Assembly (NCBI GenBank): GCA_000004985.1
Contig: GG738868.1
Length of the DNA stretch: 64,000 nt
DNA from: Naegleria gruberi
Lineage: Eukaryota
Strand: one strand, 5' to 3'
Below, piece by piece: positions 34,285 through 45,702 of the stretch (within the stretch, counting starts at the first letter, position 1; each line of letters starts with the position of its first letter). Below the pieces are notes generated by a model that worked only from the letters and a program-made list of their open reading frames with translations, searched no databases and was not told where the DNA came from. A program made the translations under genes and the position numbers.

Positions 34285-34614
34285 ATGCTCATGAATTCAA
34301 TTGTTCTCAATAATAACATGATGATGATGAGAATGAATACTCAATCGAATCAGGTTTATCAATTTCCTTCTCATTTTCAACAACAGGAAATGGAGCAGTC
34401 GAACAATTACTTTACCAGTTTGCTCTTATCAAATGAAAGCAAAACAAGCCTTGATGAAGTTCAAATCAATTCACCTCTTTTCTTAAAGTTGGATATTGAT
34501 GACTTGTTGCTCACCTTGCAAGAAATGAATCTTGTCAACAACCATACTCAACAAGAGGAACAACATTTGCCAACAACTCCTTCTTCAAATCTTAACACTT
34601 CCACTGATATGTAA
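34285..34614 (+). CDS. Hypothetical N/Q/S-rich low-complexity protein (about 109 aa)
   Basis: ORF only. May be non-coding. Confidence 0.2.
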   Translation: MLMNSIVLNNNMMMMRMNTQSNQVYQFPSHFQQQEMEQSNNYFTSLLLSNESKTSLDEVQINSPLFLKLDIDDLLLTLQEMNLVNNHTQQEEQHLPTTPSSNLNTSTDM

Positions 34615-35190
34615 TTTTACTCTCAAACTCCTTGATAACAATCCAAACAATTCATCATCAACAACCAATAGATTACATTAACAAGATCGTGATATCAAAG
34701 AAAAACCAAACTAACTGTTTGTCAATTAATTGATTCACACAACTGCTTTGATTGACAAACACACAACAAACAGGCAAAAACACTCTGGGTATTATGCTGT
34801 ATGAACTCTTTAAAATATTTGAGGTGACTAGAACCATTCTAAAATATCTCAAAATCATGGTCCTTTTAAGTTAGTTTCCGTTTGTGAACATTAAATAATA
34901 AAAATGTAATAAAAAAGATCTAGTTGACTCTTATCAGATTATAATCCACAACACATGAAAATAATCTTAACGTCTGGGATTAAAGAAACCAATTTGTAAA
35001 TCTACAGTTATCGGCTTGTTGATTTAAGGCCATTTCCAAAGTCAACTCAGTTCCTTCAGTGTGTGGCTGAGTAATATTCGAAACAAAACACTAATTTATT
35101 TCACAATGAAAAAACATCTTTTCATACAAAATTCTAATCAACACAAAACTGTCAAAAACAACTCACAAAATTTCACTTCCAATTTCAAAT

Positions 35191-36609
35191 CTAAGCCCTC
35201 TGAACGTCCAAATTCTTCTTCTTATTCTGCTGTTGCTGCTGTTGTTGATCTCTAAAACATGGACACAATCTCCTCTTTCCATACATATCATTCTGACATC
35301 TGAAACGACTCTGTCTAGATCCTAGGATACAGTACTCACCATCCAATAATGGAGAACTGGAATCTAATACTGGATTTCTCTCATAGGTACAAACACAATT
35401 AGGTGCATATCGTTTCAATTCATCACATCGATTGATATACGAAAAGAATCTTGCATCACAAACTGAATCAAATCTTTCACAACAATTGGAACAACTTTCG
35501 CCTGCATCACATGGAACACTTCTCACTTTTTTCAATTCACTGAGTGGAATTGGATTTGAGGAAGGAAATGATGGTAATCTCAATGTATCATGATTAAATT
35601 CATATTCCTCATCATCTATATATGGAAGCATGAATGCTAAACTAGATTTTGGAATTCTCTTAGTGACAGTATTAGGACCCACGAGAGTATCATTACATGG
35701 GAAAAAGTAGGAATTTGGACAACCCTCCACTTGAAAGAGAACCAATAATTGAGATTGTGTTTGAGGTTCCATACAATTAGGGAAATCCAAATTATTTCTC
35801 TCAATATTTCTTTCATTTCCAACAGATGAAGTCACTCCAATATGTTTCATTAATTGATATCTATAAATATAGAATAATCTCTCTTTAAATCTCATTTTTC
35901 CATAATGATTCAATTGATGCCAATACTGTTCCAATAACCAATCAATTGGAGTATCAGTTTCTGCTTCTCTTTCTAAAAATCTCAATAAAAATCCCAAATC
36001 CTTTCTCTGAATTAAAACACCATTTAAACCGAATGAAAATCTGAATCCAACCCAATCCTTTCCATTCGATTCCAATTCATGAATCTTTTCAAATATTCTT
36101 CCAAAATGATAATGAGCTCCTTCACACATTATAAAATCATCTTCCATAATTGCAATTGGAGTATTATCCTTAATTCTCAATTGTTCATTGACAATTTTAA
36201 TCATATCATAAAAATCATTCGATTGATGCTTCTTTTTCGGTGATAATTGTGAATTATCAAAGTTATAACTTTCCCATTCCTTCTTTTTATGATAAATTGT
36301 CACATGTGCATCAAGTGCCGAGCTCTGAACCATAAATTCAACTTCTTCTTTAAAAGCTTCTCCTTTACTATTGAAAATTATAATACAAGGATTGAATAAT
36401 CGTTGTTTTAATTTTGCAATACTATTAATTGTTTGTCCTAAATAATGAAAACTATTTCCTTCCATTTGACGAGGAGCTGTCAGAATTAAAAAAGACATGG
36501 AACATTTGACATTATTTTTGGAGGATAGATAGAGTCTGAAGGTGAGTGCGGATAGGAAGAGAAAGAGTGCCTGCGAAAAGAAGAATATTAAAATTGTGGA
36601 TGATTTCAT
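35191..36609 (-). CDS. Signal-anchored or secreted protein (472 aa) with an EDD-motif region (IAIMEDDFIMCEGAHYHF) resembling GT13/GnT-I-type glycosyltransferases and a Cys-rich C-terminal domain
   Basis: ATG start. N-terminal hydrophobic segment ILIFFFSQALFLFLSALTF. Resemblance to GT13 is weak and judged by eye only. Confidence 0.4.
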   Translation of the reverse strand: MKSSTILIFFFSQALFLFLSALTFRLYLSSKNNVKCSMSFLILTAPRQMEGNSFHYLGQTINSIAKLKQRLFNPCIIIFNSKGEAFKEEVEFMVQSSALDAHVTIYHKKKEWESYNFDNSQLSPKKKHQSNDFYDMIKIVNEQLRIKDNTPIAIMEDDFIMCEGAHYHFGRIFEKIHELESNGKDWVGFRFSFGLNGVLIQRKDLGFLLRFLEREAETDTPIDWLLEQYWHQLNHYGKMRFKERLFYIYRYQLMKHIGVTSSVGNERNIERNNLDFPNCMEPQTQSQLLVLFQVEGCPNSYFFPCNDTLVGPNTVTKRIPKSSLAFMLPYIDDEEYEFNHDTLRLPSFPSSNPIPLSELKKVRSVPCDAGESCSNCCERFDSVCDARFFSYINRCDELKRYAPNCVCTYERNPVLDSSSPLLDGEYCILGSRQSRFRCQNDMYGKRRLCPCFRDQQQQQQQNKKKNLDVQRA

Positions 36610-37353
36610 CTGATGACAATTTTTTTTTGATTTTTTGAAAGGTGGCAGCTACAATTTCTGAAGAACATGATGAGACTTGAAAGGAAGATTTCATTGAATT
36701 TCGATTGATTGGAAGGCAAGAATGGTGCGGAATTGTTGAATGGATAATTCGGTTAGTTTAGTTTTGATTACTTTGCATCTTTAAACGATTAACTTTGTAT
36801 TGAAAGGAAAGTATTCATAATAAAAAGAAGGAAGGTAATCTTTGATGATGGCAAATAAGAATGTTACATCCTTCCATATCCAATAAAAACAAGAACATGT
36901 CATCCAACATTGACTTTTTCACACTACAAGAAACTCTTCAATTTCTGAATGTTTTTCTTTACAACCAAACTACGGTTGTATCACCAACATGACAGTTGGC
37001 ATCTCTTCTCCATTACAACCCATTGTGGAATATTCTCCTTTTTCAACTCGATTGCAAATCACAAAAAGTCGTTTGATGTGAAATTTATTTTTAAATCAAA
37101 AAAAATAACAAAAATCAACAAACTAAAAAAATTTGACGATTTTTTTCATCATCATTAATTTTTGTTAATCTTGAAGGAATTAAAAAATCAACAACCTTGA
37201 ATTCAGAAAATAATAATATCGGAATACAAAGATTACATTCTATACAAGAAGAAGAATATCATCATCATCACGATCTAAATTATCAAATTAATATTTTAAA
37301 TATTAAATACAATTAAATATCATCATAATAATATTTATACAAATAATAGAAAA

Positions 37354-38106
37354 ATGGGGAGATTGGTAACACCAAAGAGAAAAATAGCAGCTACAGGAGT
37401 TCTATTCATCATTTCTATAATCGTTTCAATTGTTTGTTTGGGAGTTGGAGCATATTTTGCCAAATCATATTGGGATTTCATTCATGATGCTTTTCATAGT
37501 ACAGAAAAACCACTCCTTACCGAATCTACACAATGTACTGTATTGAATGATAAGGAAAATTGTCGAATTGAAGAAGGAAAGACAGTTGATGGTGTTAAAA
37601 TGGATGTTAAATATTGTCATCTTGCAGTTTCTTATTCATATAATGGTCAAGTGCATCATAATACTACTTTGGATGATTTTGCTAAATACTATAGAATTTC
37701 TAATCAATCTTCAGATTGGATTGAATTGAAAGCTGACCAATATGGATTTACTGTTTATTCCACTAATAGTACAGTTGCTTGTTATGCTAGTAAGGAATAT
37801 CCTGATTGGTTTGTTGGAATTGCTGAGAGAACACTCTTTTATTATTACACTAATATTCAATCCTTCTTGACTTCTAGTTCAATAATTGCAGTTGTTACAT
37901 TAATTCCTGCAGCTTTATGTATTATTTTTGTAATGATTCCAGCTTTTATTTGCTTGATTTATCAATGTAGAAGAATTAGGAAATTATTACCTGAAAACTT
38001 GGTTGGTGAACAACACTTTAAACATCAAGCAATGGGTGGTCATGAGGATGAAATCAGTGATGAAGAAGATGATCATCACACTAAGAGAAATAAGAATTAC
38101 TTTTAA
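37354..38106 (+). CDS. Hypothetical two-TM membrane protein (250 aa) with a Cys-containing extracellular domain and an acidic C-tail
   Basis: ATG start. TM segments VLFIISIIVSIVCLGVGAYF and IIAVVTLIPAALCIIFVMIPAFICLIY. Confidence 0.45.
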   Translation: MGRLVTPKRKIAATGVLFIISIIVSIVCLGVGAYFAKSYWDFIHDAFHSTEKPLLTESTQCTVLNDKENCRIEEGKTVDGVKMDVKYCHLAVSYSYNGQVHHNTTLDDFAKYYRISNQSSDWIELKADQYGFTVYSTNSTVACYASKEYPDWFVGIAERTLFYYYTNIQSFLTSSSIIAVVTLIPAALCIIFVMIPAFICLIYQCRRIRKLLPENLVGEQHFKHQAMGGHEDEISDEEDDHHTKRNKNYF

Positions 38107-38282
38107 TCTAAATGTGAAGGGAAATTCAAAAATAAAAATTAATTTATTAAAATTGTAAAAATTTTGATTTTATTTGGAAATTTTGATTTTCAAAATAATA
38201 AAACTTAAATAAATAATTGGGTTTTGTTGTGGGATGTGTTGTTGTTATTAATTAATTTGTGAAGGCGGTCGTATAGCAGAAT

Positions 38283-39185
38283 TTAAATCCAAGAACGACG
38301 ATTATTGTTATTGTTGGCACTATCTTCAAAGTAAAGGAAGTCAATCAAGAACAAAGCTCCCAAAAGAACAGCCTTTTGTTGAGGTGTAGCAGTAGCTGGA
38401 AGTTCAATACCAAAGTTGTCAGCATCTGTGAAAGCTTCCTTGAGGAAACCACTCCACTTTTTACGAATTTCACCAACTCTTTGACCATCCTTTTCAATGT
38501 GGAAAGTCCAACATTCACAACATGGTGAAATAATGTCAAACATTTTAACTCCTGAAGCATCAAAAACATTCATTTCTCTAGAGAATAAACTACATCTCAA
38601 TTCAATCTTACCCAACAAGGTGTTTGTTGCAGTTTCAAAAACATTAACTTCATGGAAGAAGAAACAATATGGTCTATCCAATGTGATGAATTCTTGACCA
38701 TTTTGTTTCAAAGCAATGTGCATCTTGAATGGTCTTCTTGGACCACAATATTGTCTAGCACAACAATCAGATTCTTCCAAAGCAACAGCTTGATATCCAT
38801 TTTCAAAATGGACATCATATCTATTCTCAGTTTCAAATCCAGTCAATAATTCAAAAGCTTCAATTCTTTGCTTGACCTGAATCTTTCTATTAGGAGCAAA
38901 GATTTGTTCAATCAATGATCCAGTAGTAGTAGTGGTTGTTGTAACTTGTTGTTGCATAATTTGTGGTTGTTGTGGTGGCATATAGACTCCTTGTTGTGCT
39001 TGTGGTGGCATATATCCTTGTTGTGGTTGTTGTGGAGGAATGTAGCCTTGTTGTGGTTGTTGTTGAACATATCCTTGTTGAGGAGGATAACCTTGTTGTT
39101 GTGCATAACCTTCCTGTGTTGTTGGTGGTACATAGACTCCCTGTTGTTGAGGTGGATAGCCTTGCTGTTGTTGTTGAGGAGGCAC
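38283..39185 (-). CDS. Phospholipid scramblase family protein with a Pro/Gln-rich N-terminus. The 5' end is unresolved: the ORF begins at GTG 39185 and no in-frame ATG lies upstream before a stop. A polypyrimidine tract plus AG just upstream (39186-39220) suggests a missing 5' exon.
   Basis: Scramblase core motifs DCCARQYCGPRRPF and ISPCCECWTF, a C-terminal helix, and N-terminal PQQQGY repeats. Confidence 0.75.
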   Translation of the reverse strand: MPPQQQQQGYPPQQQGVYVPPTTQEGYAQQQGYPPQQGYVQQQPQQGYIPPQQPQQGYMPPQAQQGVYMPPQQPQIMQQQVTTTTTTTGSLIEQIFAPNRKIQVKQRIEAFELLTGFETENRYDVHFENGYQAVALEESDCCARQYCGPRRPFKMHIALKQNGQEFITLDRPYCFFFHEVNVFETATNTLLGKIELRCSLFSREMNVFDASGVKMFDIISPCCECWTFHIEKDGQRVGEIRKKWSGFLKEAFTDADNFGIELPATATPQQKAVLLGALFLIDFLYFEDSANNNNNRRSWI

Positions 39186-39687
39186 GTAGGCTTCGTTATT
39201 TGGTGGTGGTTGGGCAGATGAGGTTTGATTTATGGATAGCGAACAATATCATGTTTTATTGGTTGTTCTTGTTCTTGTTGTGAATATTATCTTCTTCATC
39301 AAATATATTGTCATATTATATATAGGTCTCATAATATAAGCACAATGAATTCATCCAATATAAAATATCGGATATGATGTAACATTGCATCACAGTTAGA
39401 AAAAAAACCATCATGCCCATTATAATAATTCTGCATTTCACCTCGGCTTTGAGACAGCCCTTTGAATTTTTCGTCTCCAAGTTGATTCTAATTAGAAGGA
39501 GGAAATGTTGATTCGATTGGGCGATGAATGTTTTTCAAATAGAAGATTTTTAAACTGTAAAGTTCAGAGTTAATGGGAATGTGAGGTTCATTACAACATG
39601 CAAATTGTCTTTCCTTATTAAAAATTGTACAATGCAGGTGATCTATATTGTAAAGGTATTGTAACATGTGAAAAAATGAAACTCTTT

Positions 39688-40716
39688 TTATTTCAACAAT
39701 TTAACAAGATAATAATTGGCTTCCTCATTTCCTCCTCTAGCCGATTTTCTAAACCACTTAATAGCTTCCTCATTATCCTTCTCCACTCCATCTCCATTCA
39801 AATACATGACTCCCAAATTAAGCTGAGCATCAGAATGTCCTTGATTGGCTGACATTTCAAAATACTCACGTGCCTTCTCAAATGATTGAGGAATTCCTTC
39901 ACCACCACTTGCATAAATACATCCCAAATCACATTGAGCTCCAGAATTTCCTTTTTTGGCTGCTTTTGTGTAATATTTAACGGCCAGTTGGAATTCTCCA
40001 AATACTTGTTCGTAGAGAATTGCTAAATTGTATTGAGAGGCATTGTATCCTTGTTCAGCTGATAATTTGAACCATTTGAGAGCTTTCGAATATGATTGTG
40101 AAATGTCTCCCTCGCCATTCTTATAGAGTAATCCTAAATTATATTGAGCCATGGCAAATCCTTGCTTGGCAGCCTGTTTAAACCAACGCTTAGAATCCTG
40201 ATATGATTGTTTCACACCATATTCACCTTCCAGACAAATATTTCCCAAAGTATTTTGAGCTAGGAAGTTTCCATTCTCTGCTGATTTCTTGATCCATTCA
40301 ATTGCTAATTCGTCAGATTGTTCGACTTCTTCTCCATCCATAAATAATCGTCCAAGTTTGTATTGGGCAATGGCAAGATTGTGATTGGCAGCTTTTTCAT
40401 ACCATTCGAAAGCTTTCGTATTTGATTGTTCGATACCTTCTCCCTTTTCATACAGTACACCTACATTAAATTGTGCTTCTGGATAATCTTGATGAGCAGC
40501 TTTTTCCGTCCATTCGAATGCTTTCGAATAATTACCCTTGTCATGATAAAGATTCGCCAATTTAAATTGATATTCAGCATTTCCTTCAACTGCCAATTTT
40601 TCACATAATTCTTCTTCTTCCCTCTGTTTCTCCAATCGTTCTTCAACAATTTCTAACCAATTATTAAAAGCTTCAATTTCTTCACGTGTCGTTGACCAAT
40701 GGATTTTATCTTGCAT
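39688..40716 (-). CDS. Sel1-like repeat (SLR/TPR-like) protein, about 342 aa, with at least 7 Sel1 repeats
   Basis: First ATG at 40716. Repeats of the form AQxNLGxLYxxGxGVxQSxxKAxEWYxKAA. Confidence 0.8.
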   Translation of the reverse strand: MQDKIHWSTTREEIEAFNNWLEIVEERLEKQREEEELCEKLAVEGNAEYQFKLANLYHDKGNYSKAFEWTEKAAHQDYPEAQFNVGVLYEKGEGIEQSNTKAFEWYEKAANHNLAIAQYKLGRLFMDGEEVEQSDELAIEWIKKSAENGNFLAQNTLGNICLEGEYGVKQSYQDSKRWFKQAAKQGFAMAQYNLGLLYKNGEGDISQSYSKALKWFKLSAEQGYNASQYNLAILYEQVFGEFQLAVKYYTKAAKKGNSGAQCDLGCIYASGGEGIPQSFEKAREYFEMSANQGHSDAQLNLGVMYLNGDGVEKDNEEAIKWFRKSARGGNEEANYYLVKLLK

Positions 40717-40889
40717 TTTTTTTGTGTGCAATTTTAGAGCGACACAACATGTCACAATTTAAATATCAAAAATAGAACGCAATTCAAATTGCTACTTCTA
40801 CTTTACAATAATTATTGAGATTCGAATAGTTTATATTAACTTTATACAAAGGAGGAGTTGGCGAAAATGAGTCAAACTAATCCAGATAA

Positions 40890-42387
40890 TTATTCCCGAT
40901 GTTGTTGAGTCATGATAAATTGTTTAACTTCCTCAAAAACTTGTTTCGAATTATCATGATCAATTGCTGATAAAGTTTTCACAGAAACTGTATCAAGTGG
41001 ATGTTCAGTAATCTCATTCAGGAATAGTTTAGTCATATATTCGATACATGCCACTGGATTCTTCTCCTCTGCTTCATTAAATCCTGAAAAGTATTTTGAA
41101 AAACTCTTAGTGGCAATCTTCTTTTCGAATAAATCTCTCTTATTGAATAATAATACGAAAGGTACCTTGTAGAAGAGTGCATTATTTACAACTTCATTGA
41201 AAACTCGTAAACTTTCCTTCACTCTCCAATAGCCATTATCTTCGTAGAGATTTAAATCAAATTCTGAGAGACTTGTTAAAAAGACAACAGCATCTACTGT
41301 ATTGAAAAAGTGAATCCTGTATATTTCATTATTAATATAAATTCAATATATTTAAATAGTTGATTACAATATTTTAAATATTTTAAATATTGTTAAATTA
41401 CAATAAATTTAAATGATTCAAAGAATGAGTGCAACATACCATTTACGACGTTCATTTCTCTGACCTCCAACATCAACTAAACGTAACTGTTTTCCATCAC
41501 CAACGTCAAATTTCATATCTGTTATTCCAATGGTCTTGGTACGAGTTCTGATCACATCCACAACTGTTGGAACATATTTATCGGAACAAATTCTATCTAA
41601 ATTCTCAAAGAGACTGTCATTTTCCAATGGAAATATTGTAGAAAAAGGTTGAGAAGATGTTAAACAATTCGTCGAATATTTCCAAATTTGATTAGATTTG
41701 AAATTATTTGCATCAATTCGAATCATTAATTGTCATCATGATTATTATCAATTTTTTCAAAGTGAATACACAATAAACTGGTCAATTAATCAAGAAACGT
41801 TCAAACTTACTATTCAGTTGAATCATATAATTGAAATTTCTCTCTATTTTCATATGCTTTTTGAATTCCTGCATCTTTCCACAGAGAATACAATCGTTTA
41901 GACCAAGAAGGATCTTCCAAATCATTTGTATTCAATGAATTTATAATTAATTTTGCAGTTTCTCTATTTTCTGGTTGTTCAATTGGAATATTCAAGTGTT
42001 GTGTTGCTGCCACAAGATTTTTAGCATTTTCCAACACGTTTAATCGGACAATTTCTATTAATTCAATTCTCTCCTGATCGTGCGTTATTCCTACACCATG
42101 AAAGAATTGTACTTGTTTGAAAAGTGTTGATTTTCCTATTGGAATTGGGTTGAATTTTTGAATAGAATTGATTATTTGCAATTTTATATAAAGAATTTGA
42201 TTAATATTAGTCATGATTCGAATAAAAAGAACTTACCTGATTCACCAGCTCCCAGAAGAAGAACTGTAATCTCTGATTTGTTTTTTGCTGTGGCTGCTGA
42301 TCCTCCATTAGGATTGTTGGAAGTTGGAGTAGCCATCATATGATGTTGGCCTTCCTTATCATGAGGCGAAACTACAATATTACCCAT
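40890..42387 (-). CDS. Heterotrimeric G-protein alpha subunit, 358 aa, 4 exons: 42387-42237, 42135-41811, 41613-41440, 41316-40890. Introns are 101, 197 and 123 nt.
   Basis: Splicing reconstructs MGN..LLLGAGESG|KSTLFKQ (P-loop), ..QLYDSTEY|LFENLDRICSDKYVPTVVDVIRTRTKTIGI..LVDVGGQRNERRKW|IHFFNTVDAVVFLTSLSEFD..VLLFNKRDLFEEKI..LSAIDHDN. Donors are AG|GTAAGT, TA|GTAAGT and TG|GTATGT. All phases are consistent. The 358-aa length is typical for Galpha. Confidence 0.9.
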
Positions 42388-43521
42388 TATTATTAAGAAA
42401 ATAGACGAATGATGATTCTATTCGAAAGAGAGGTTTTTTTGATGTATTGAAAAATTGTATTAATAATAATACTTTGATGTAATGTTGTTGTGATGCTACT
42501 TCAGAGAGATGCTCAGTCGCTATCCAATTCTAAACAATTAATACCAATAAAGAACACAATTAGAAATTATTCGAAACGATGTGTTGTGATGGCAGTCCAA
42601 AGAAAAAGATACCAATTTTCCAAACAAGCACCTATATTAACTGACTAGCAACAGAAGAGTACTCTGTGATATTTTAATTTTTTTACACTTGTCAAGTGAC
42701 AAACAACCATCACCGTGATAGTGCACAACACCAACGAACAGCTTATTGATAACAGCTATTTTCTCACAACTAGCATTTGTGGTCACATACTGCCATTTAA
42801 ATGGAGAGATGAAAAATTTCAGTTTGTGAGCGTACAATTAGGTGAATTGCAAAGCTAGTTGAAACTTACAATATGACCACTCATATAACTTTGCTCATTG
42901 GAAGAAGAAGAGATTGAAGATTCAATGAGTATAGGACACAGTTGATGGGGAGGACAAAATATCTAAAAAATGTTAAAATGTTCATTACATTGTCATCATT
43001 TGGTTGAAAAATTGTTAAATAATTTGAAGATCATATTCGGAATGGCTTAGCAAAAAACTATCTCTCACCTGTGTTACATTTCAAGAACTTATCATTCCAA
43101 CAACAACTTCAAATCACATTTTTTATAGATGCATTTCCAGCCTTATTATTAATAATTCAAATACACACCATCACCTTCCCGATACATCAAAAAACCCATT
43201 CATACAAAACAAGCCTTTAAAAATTGTGCGGGAGATGACGAACAAAATGATGATGATTTGATGTGTTTGATATTTTGCCGGGGTGATGATGATTTAAGGA
43301 AACCCTCAACAATACAAAAGGGCAACAAGTTGGGATGAAACAATGTGTGGAAAGGCGAAAGTCTCATCTGAGAATTTTGTGTTGCCTTTGCTGCAACCGA
43401 ATCTGAATAATGCTGCAGGCAACAGTTAAAAAACAAATTCATTCCAAGGCTTGAATTGTCAGCATCTTTGCAGTCAATATTTCCAATAGAAAGGCTTGGT
43501 ACAATTATCATCACAAGAGGA

Positions 43522-45561
43522 ATGAATTTTAATTGGCGCCAATTATTTGGTTTATTAATTGCACTTGTTTCAGTAATAATATTATTGGAAAGTAATCGTG
43601 ATGGTTTAGTATTGAGTGTTGGTGCTGTTGGTGTTGTGAATATTACAATTCCTTCTTCAGGTCCTAAATTTCCCAAGTACGAATGTATGACACAAACACC
43701 AGTCAATCAAAAGTATTATCCAACCATGTACACTATCGATACTGATTATTATGAATTTTGTCAGATTGATGACAGTGCAAAGGTGCCGAAAATTGTGAGA
43801 GAATTGAATAGATTGGATACTTGTGCAGAGTTTTTCTGTCGATCGGATAAGGTTTGGGATTTTAGAAATAGTACACAGCTGTCATTGTTTGGATTCATGT
43901 TAAATCATTGTTTGTATTGTGAGAGTAATGAGTCAATGGCTAAGGAATTTAGAAATCAAGTGAGAAATGGCTCTTGTCCTGCAATGGTACTGCCAAAAGG
44001 GTTAAATTTTGTGGATGCTTTTTATGGAGTTGCTTCAGTTCATTGCAATTTGAATGATTTGAATTCGAATGGATTTGTGAACTTTCCACTTGTGGATTAC
44101 AACTTGTTCCTCTCTGAATACTTTATGAACGATTTTGCCAAGTATAGGAGGCAAGTCTTGTTGGAGAAAATTCCAGACAGCTACAAGGATGCCCTCAGTA
44201 ATGTCACTCTCAATTCCCTCGTAAGATATTATTTCAGAGATTATTCCGATTATTCATATGCCAATCTCACTCAAACAATCAAGTCACCAACTGACCTACC
44301 ACTCCTGTGCTGGTGCAGATATCAAGAACCATCAGTACAATCGTTCGGATATCAATGCAATGAATTCTATCAAAATGGCTATCTTTCCTTCATTTATCAT
44401 TACAGTGCCATCTTCTTTTCAATCATTTTCAGCTTTTACTGCTATGGAATTGTAATATTCATCATTATTCCAAGAGTTTATGAACGATTCTCCTCATTCA
44501 AACAAAGAACAGACATCAAAATGACATCATCCATTCCAAAAAAGATTTTAATGACATTGAGACACTTTATGGATATTGTCACTCATCCTCCTGTATTTTT
44601 TGCATTGGGATCTTTATGTGGATTTTTAGAAAATTTTGCAAGAAACATTTTCAACTTCAAGTCCACAAATCCATTCTATCAAGTTTACTTTTTCGGAATT
44701 TTCAGAGCACTCAGTTGTGCCTTACTATTGTGTGGCTATTCTTCATTAGTTATTTCATGGGCTCATGTTATTGATCTATCAAAGAGAAAGGCTGTTGTGG
44801 AGGAGGGAAAGACAGAAAAGAAAATCAAACTCAGAAAGGGATTGTCTGTCTTTAATCTTTCAGTTTTAATCATTTTCTATGTGGCTGTAATTGTTGTGAT
44901 TATTATTTCCCTGGGAATGTTTGTAATCTTCCAGAACGACACTACAGCTTGGATTTTGATGGCTGCTGCCATCTTGTTCTACTTATTGACCTTTGTTGCT
45001 GGGTTTTCATTCTATGGTATCAAAATTCTAGTAACTTTGAGAAAGACAAGCAACTTTGGAAGTTTAATAGAGTACAGATTCACAAAATTCATCATGGCTG
45101 AAACTTTTCTCTTCTTTATTGTGTGGGCTATTTGTTTCCTCATGTTGTTGACGTACATGTTTGGATTTGACTTTTTGTCACTCTTCTATGGATTGAGTAG
45201 AGTATTAGTTGGAGATGCTTCCCTTGTTGCCATGTTGGTGCTCTCCTCATACATTACATTCAATGAACCAGTGTTTGCAAGTTTGTACGGATGGAGAGCA
45301 TTGAATGTTTGGAAAATTGTAACATCATGTGGATATGAAATCTACAGAAAGAAGAAGGAAGCAAATGAACAATTAACAGTGAAGGAAATAGATTTGAAAC
45401 AAACCAAGGTCGTTGAAGACAAAAACGACAATTTACCAAACGACACAAACCTCAATTCGCCAGAAAATTCAAAATCAGAGAGTGTACCCAATCAAGTTGT
45501 GGATAGTAATCCCGAGGATTCTCAACAAGCCAATCAACACGAGCAAGTATCAAGTATATAA
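43522..45561 (+). CDS. Seven-transmembrane receptor-like protein (about 680 aa) with a Cys-containing, N-glycosylated ectodomain of about 300 aa and a Ser/Asn/Glu-rich C-tail
   Basis: ATG at 43522 followed by hydrophobic signal LFGLLIALVSVIILL. Seven predicted helices between about 44370 and 45260. No confident family assignment. Confidence 0.55.
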   Translation: MNFNWRQLFGLLIALVSVIILLESNRDGLVLSVGAVGVVNITIPSSGPKFPKYECMTQTPVNQKYYPTMYTIDTDYYEFCQIDDSAKVPKIVRELNRLDTCAEFFCRSDKVWDFRNSTQLSLFGFMLNHCLYCESNESMAKEFRNQVRNGSCPAMVLPKGLNFVDAFYGVASVHCNLNDLNSNGFVNFPLVDYNLFLSEYFMNDFAKYRRQVLLEKIPDSYKDALSNVTLNSLVRYYFRDYSDYSYANLTQTIKSPTDLPLLCWCRYQEPSVQSFGYQCNEFYQNGYLSFIYHYSAIFFSIIFSFYCYGIVIFIIIPRVYERFSSFKQRTDIKMTSSIPKKILMTLRHFMDIVTHPPVFFALGSLCGFLENFARNIFNFKSTNPFYQVYFFGIFRALSCALLLCGYSSLVISWAHVIDLSKRKAVVEEGKTEKKIKLRKGLSVFNLSVLIIFYVAVIVVIIISLGMFVIFQNDTTAWILMAAAILFYLLTFVAGFSFYGIKILVTLRKTSNFGSLIEYRFTKFIMAETFLFFIVWAICFLMLLTYMFGFDFLSLFYGLSRVLVGDASLVAMLVLSSYITFNEPVFASLYGWRALNVWKIVTSCGYEIYRKKKEANEQLTVKEIDLKQTKVVEDKNDNLPNDTNLNSPENSKSESVPNQVVDSNPEDSQQANQHEQVSSI

Positions 45562-45702
45562 CTTTTTATTGCATCCAACAATGTCAAATGTATTTAATTG
45601 TGAAAAATCCAAAGACAGCAAATTCCTTAACATGACAATCTTCATTATTGCTTTAAACCAACATGAAATTTCATTCAATTAGACTCAAACAATCAAAACA
45701 AA

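Noticed and set aside
40716-40755. ORF-track N-terminal extensions using GTG/TTG starts (Sel1 protein, decarboxylase, DUF1295, GNAT and others)
   Set aside because: The track labels non-ATG initiators as M. The first in-frame ATG was used instead for each gene model.
42225-42240. ACTTACCTG string resembling the U1 snRNA 5' end
   Set aside because: It is simply the reverse complement of the Galpha exon 1 GTAAGT donor and has no snRNA-like secondary structure or length context.
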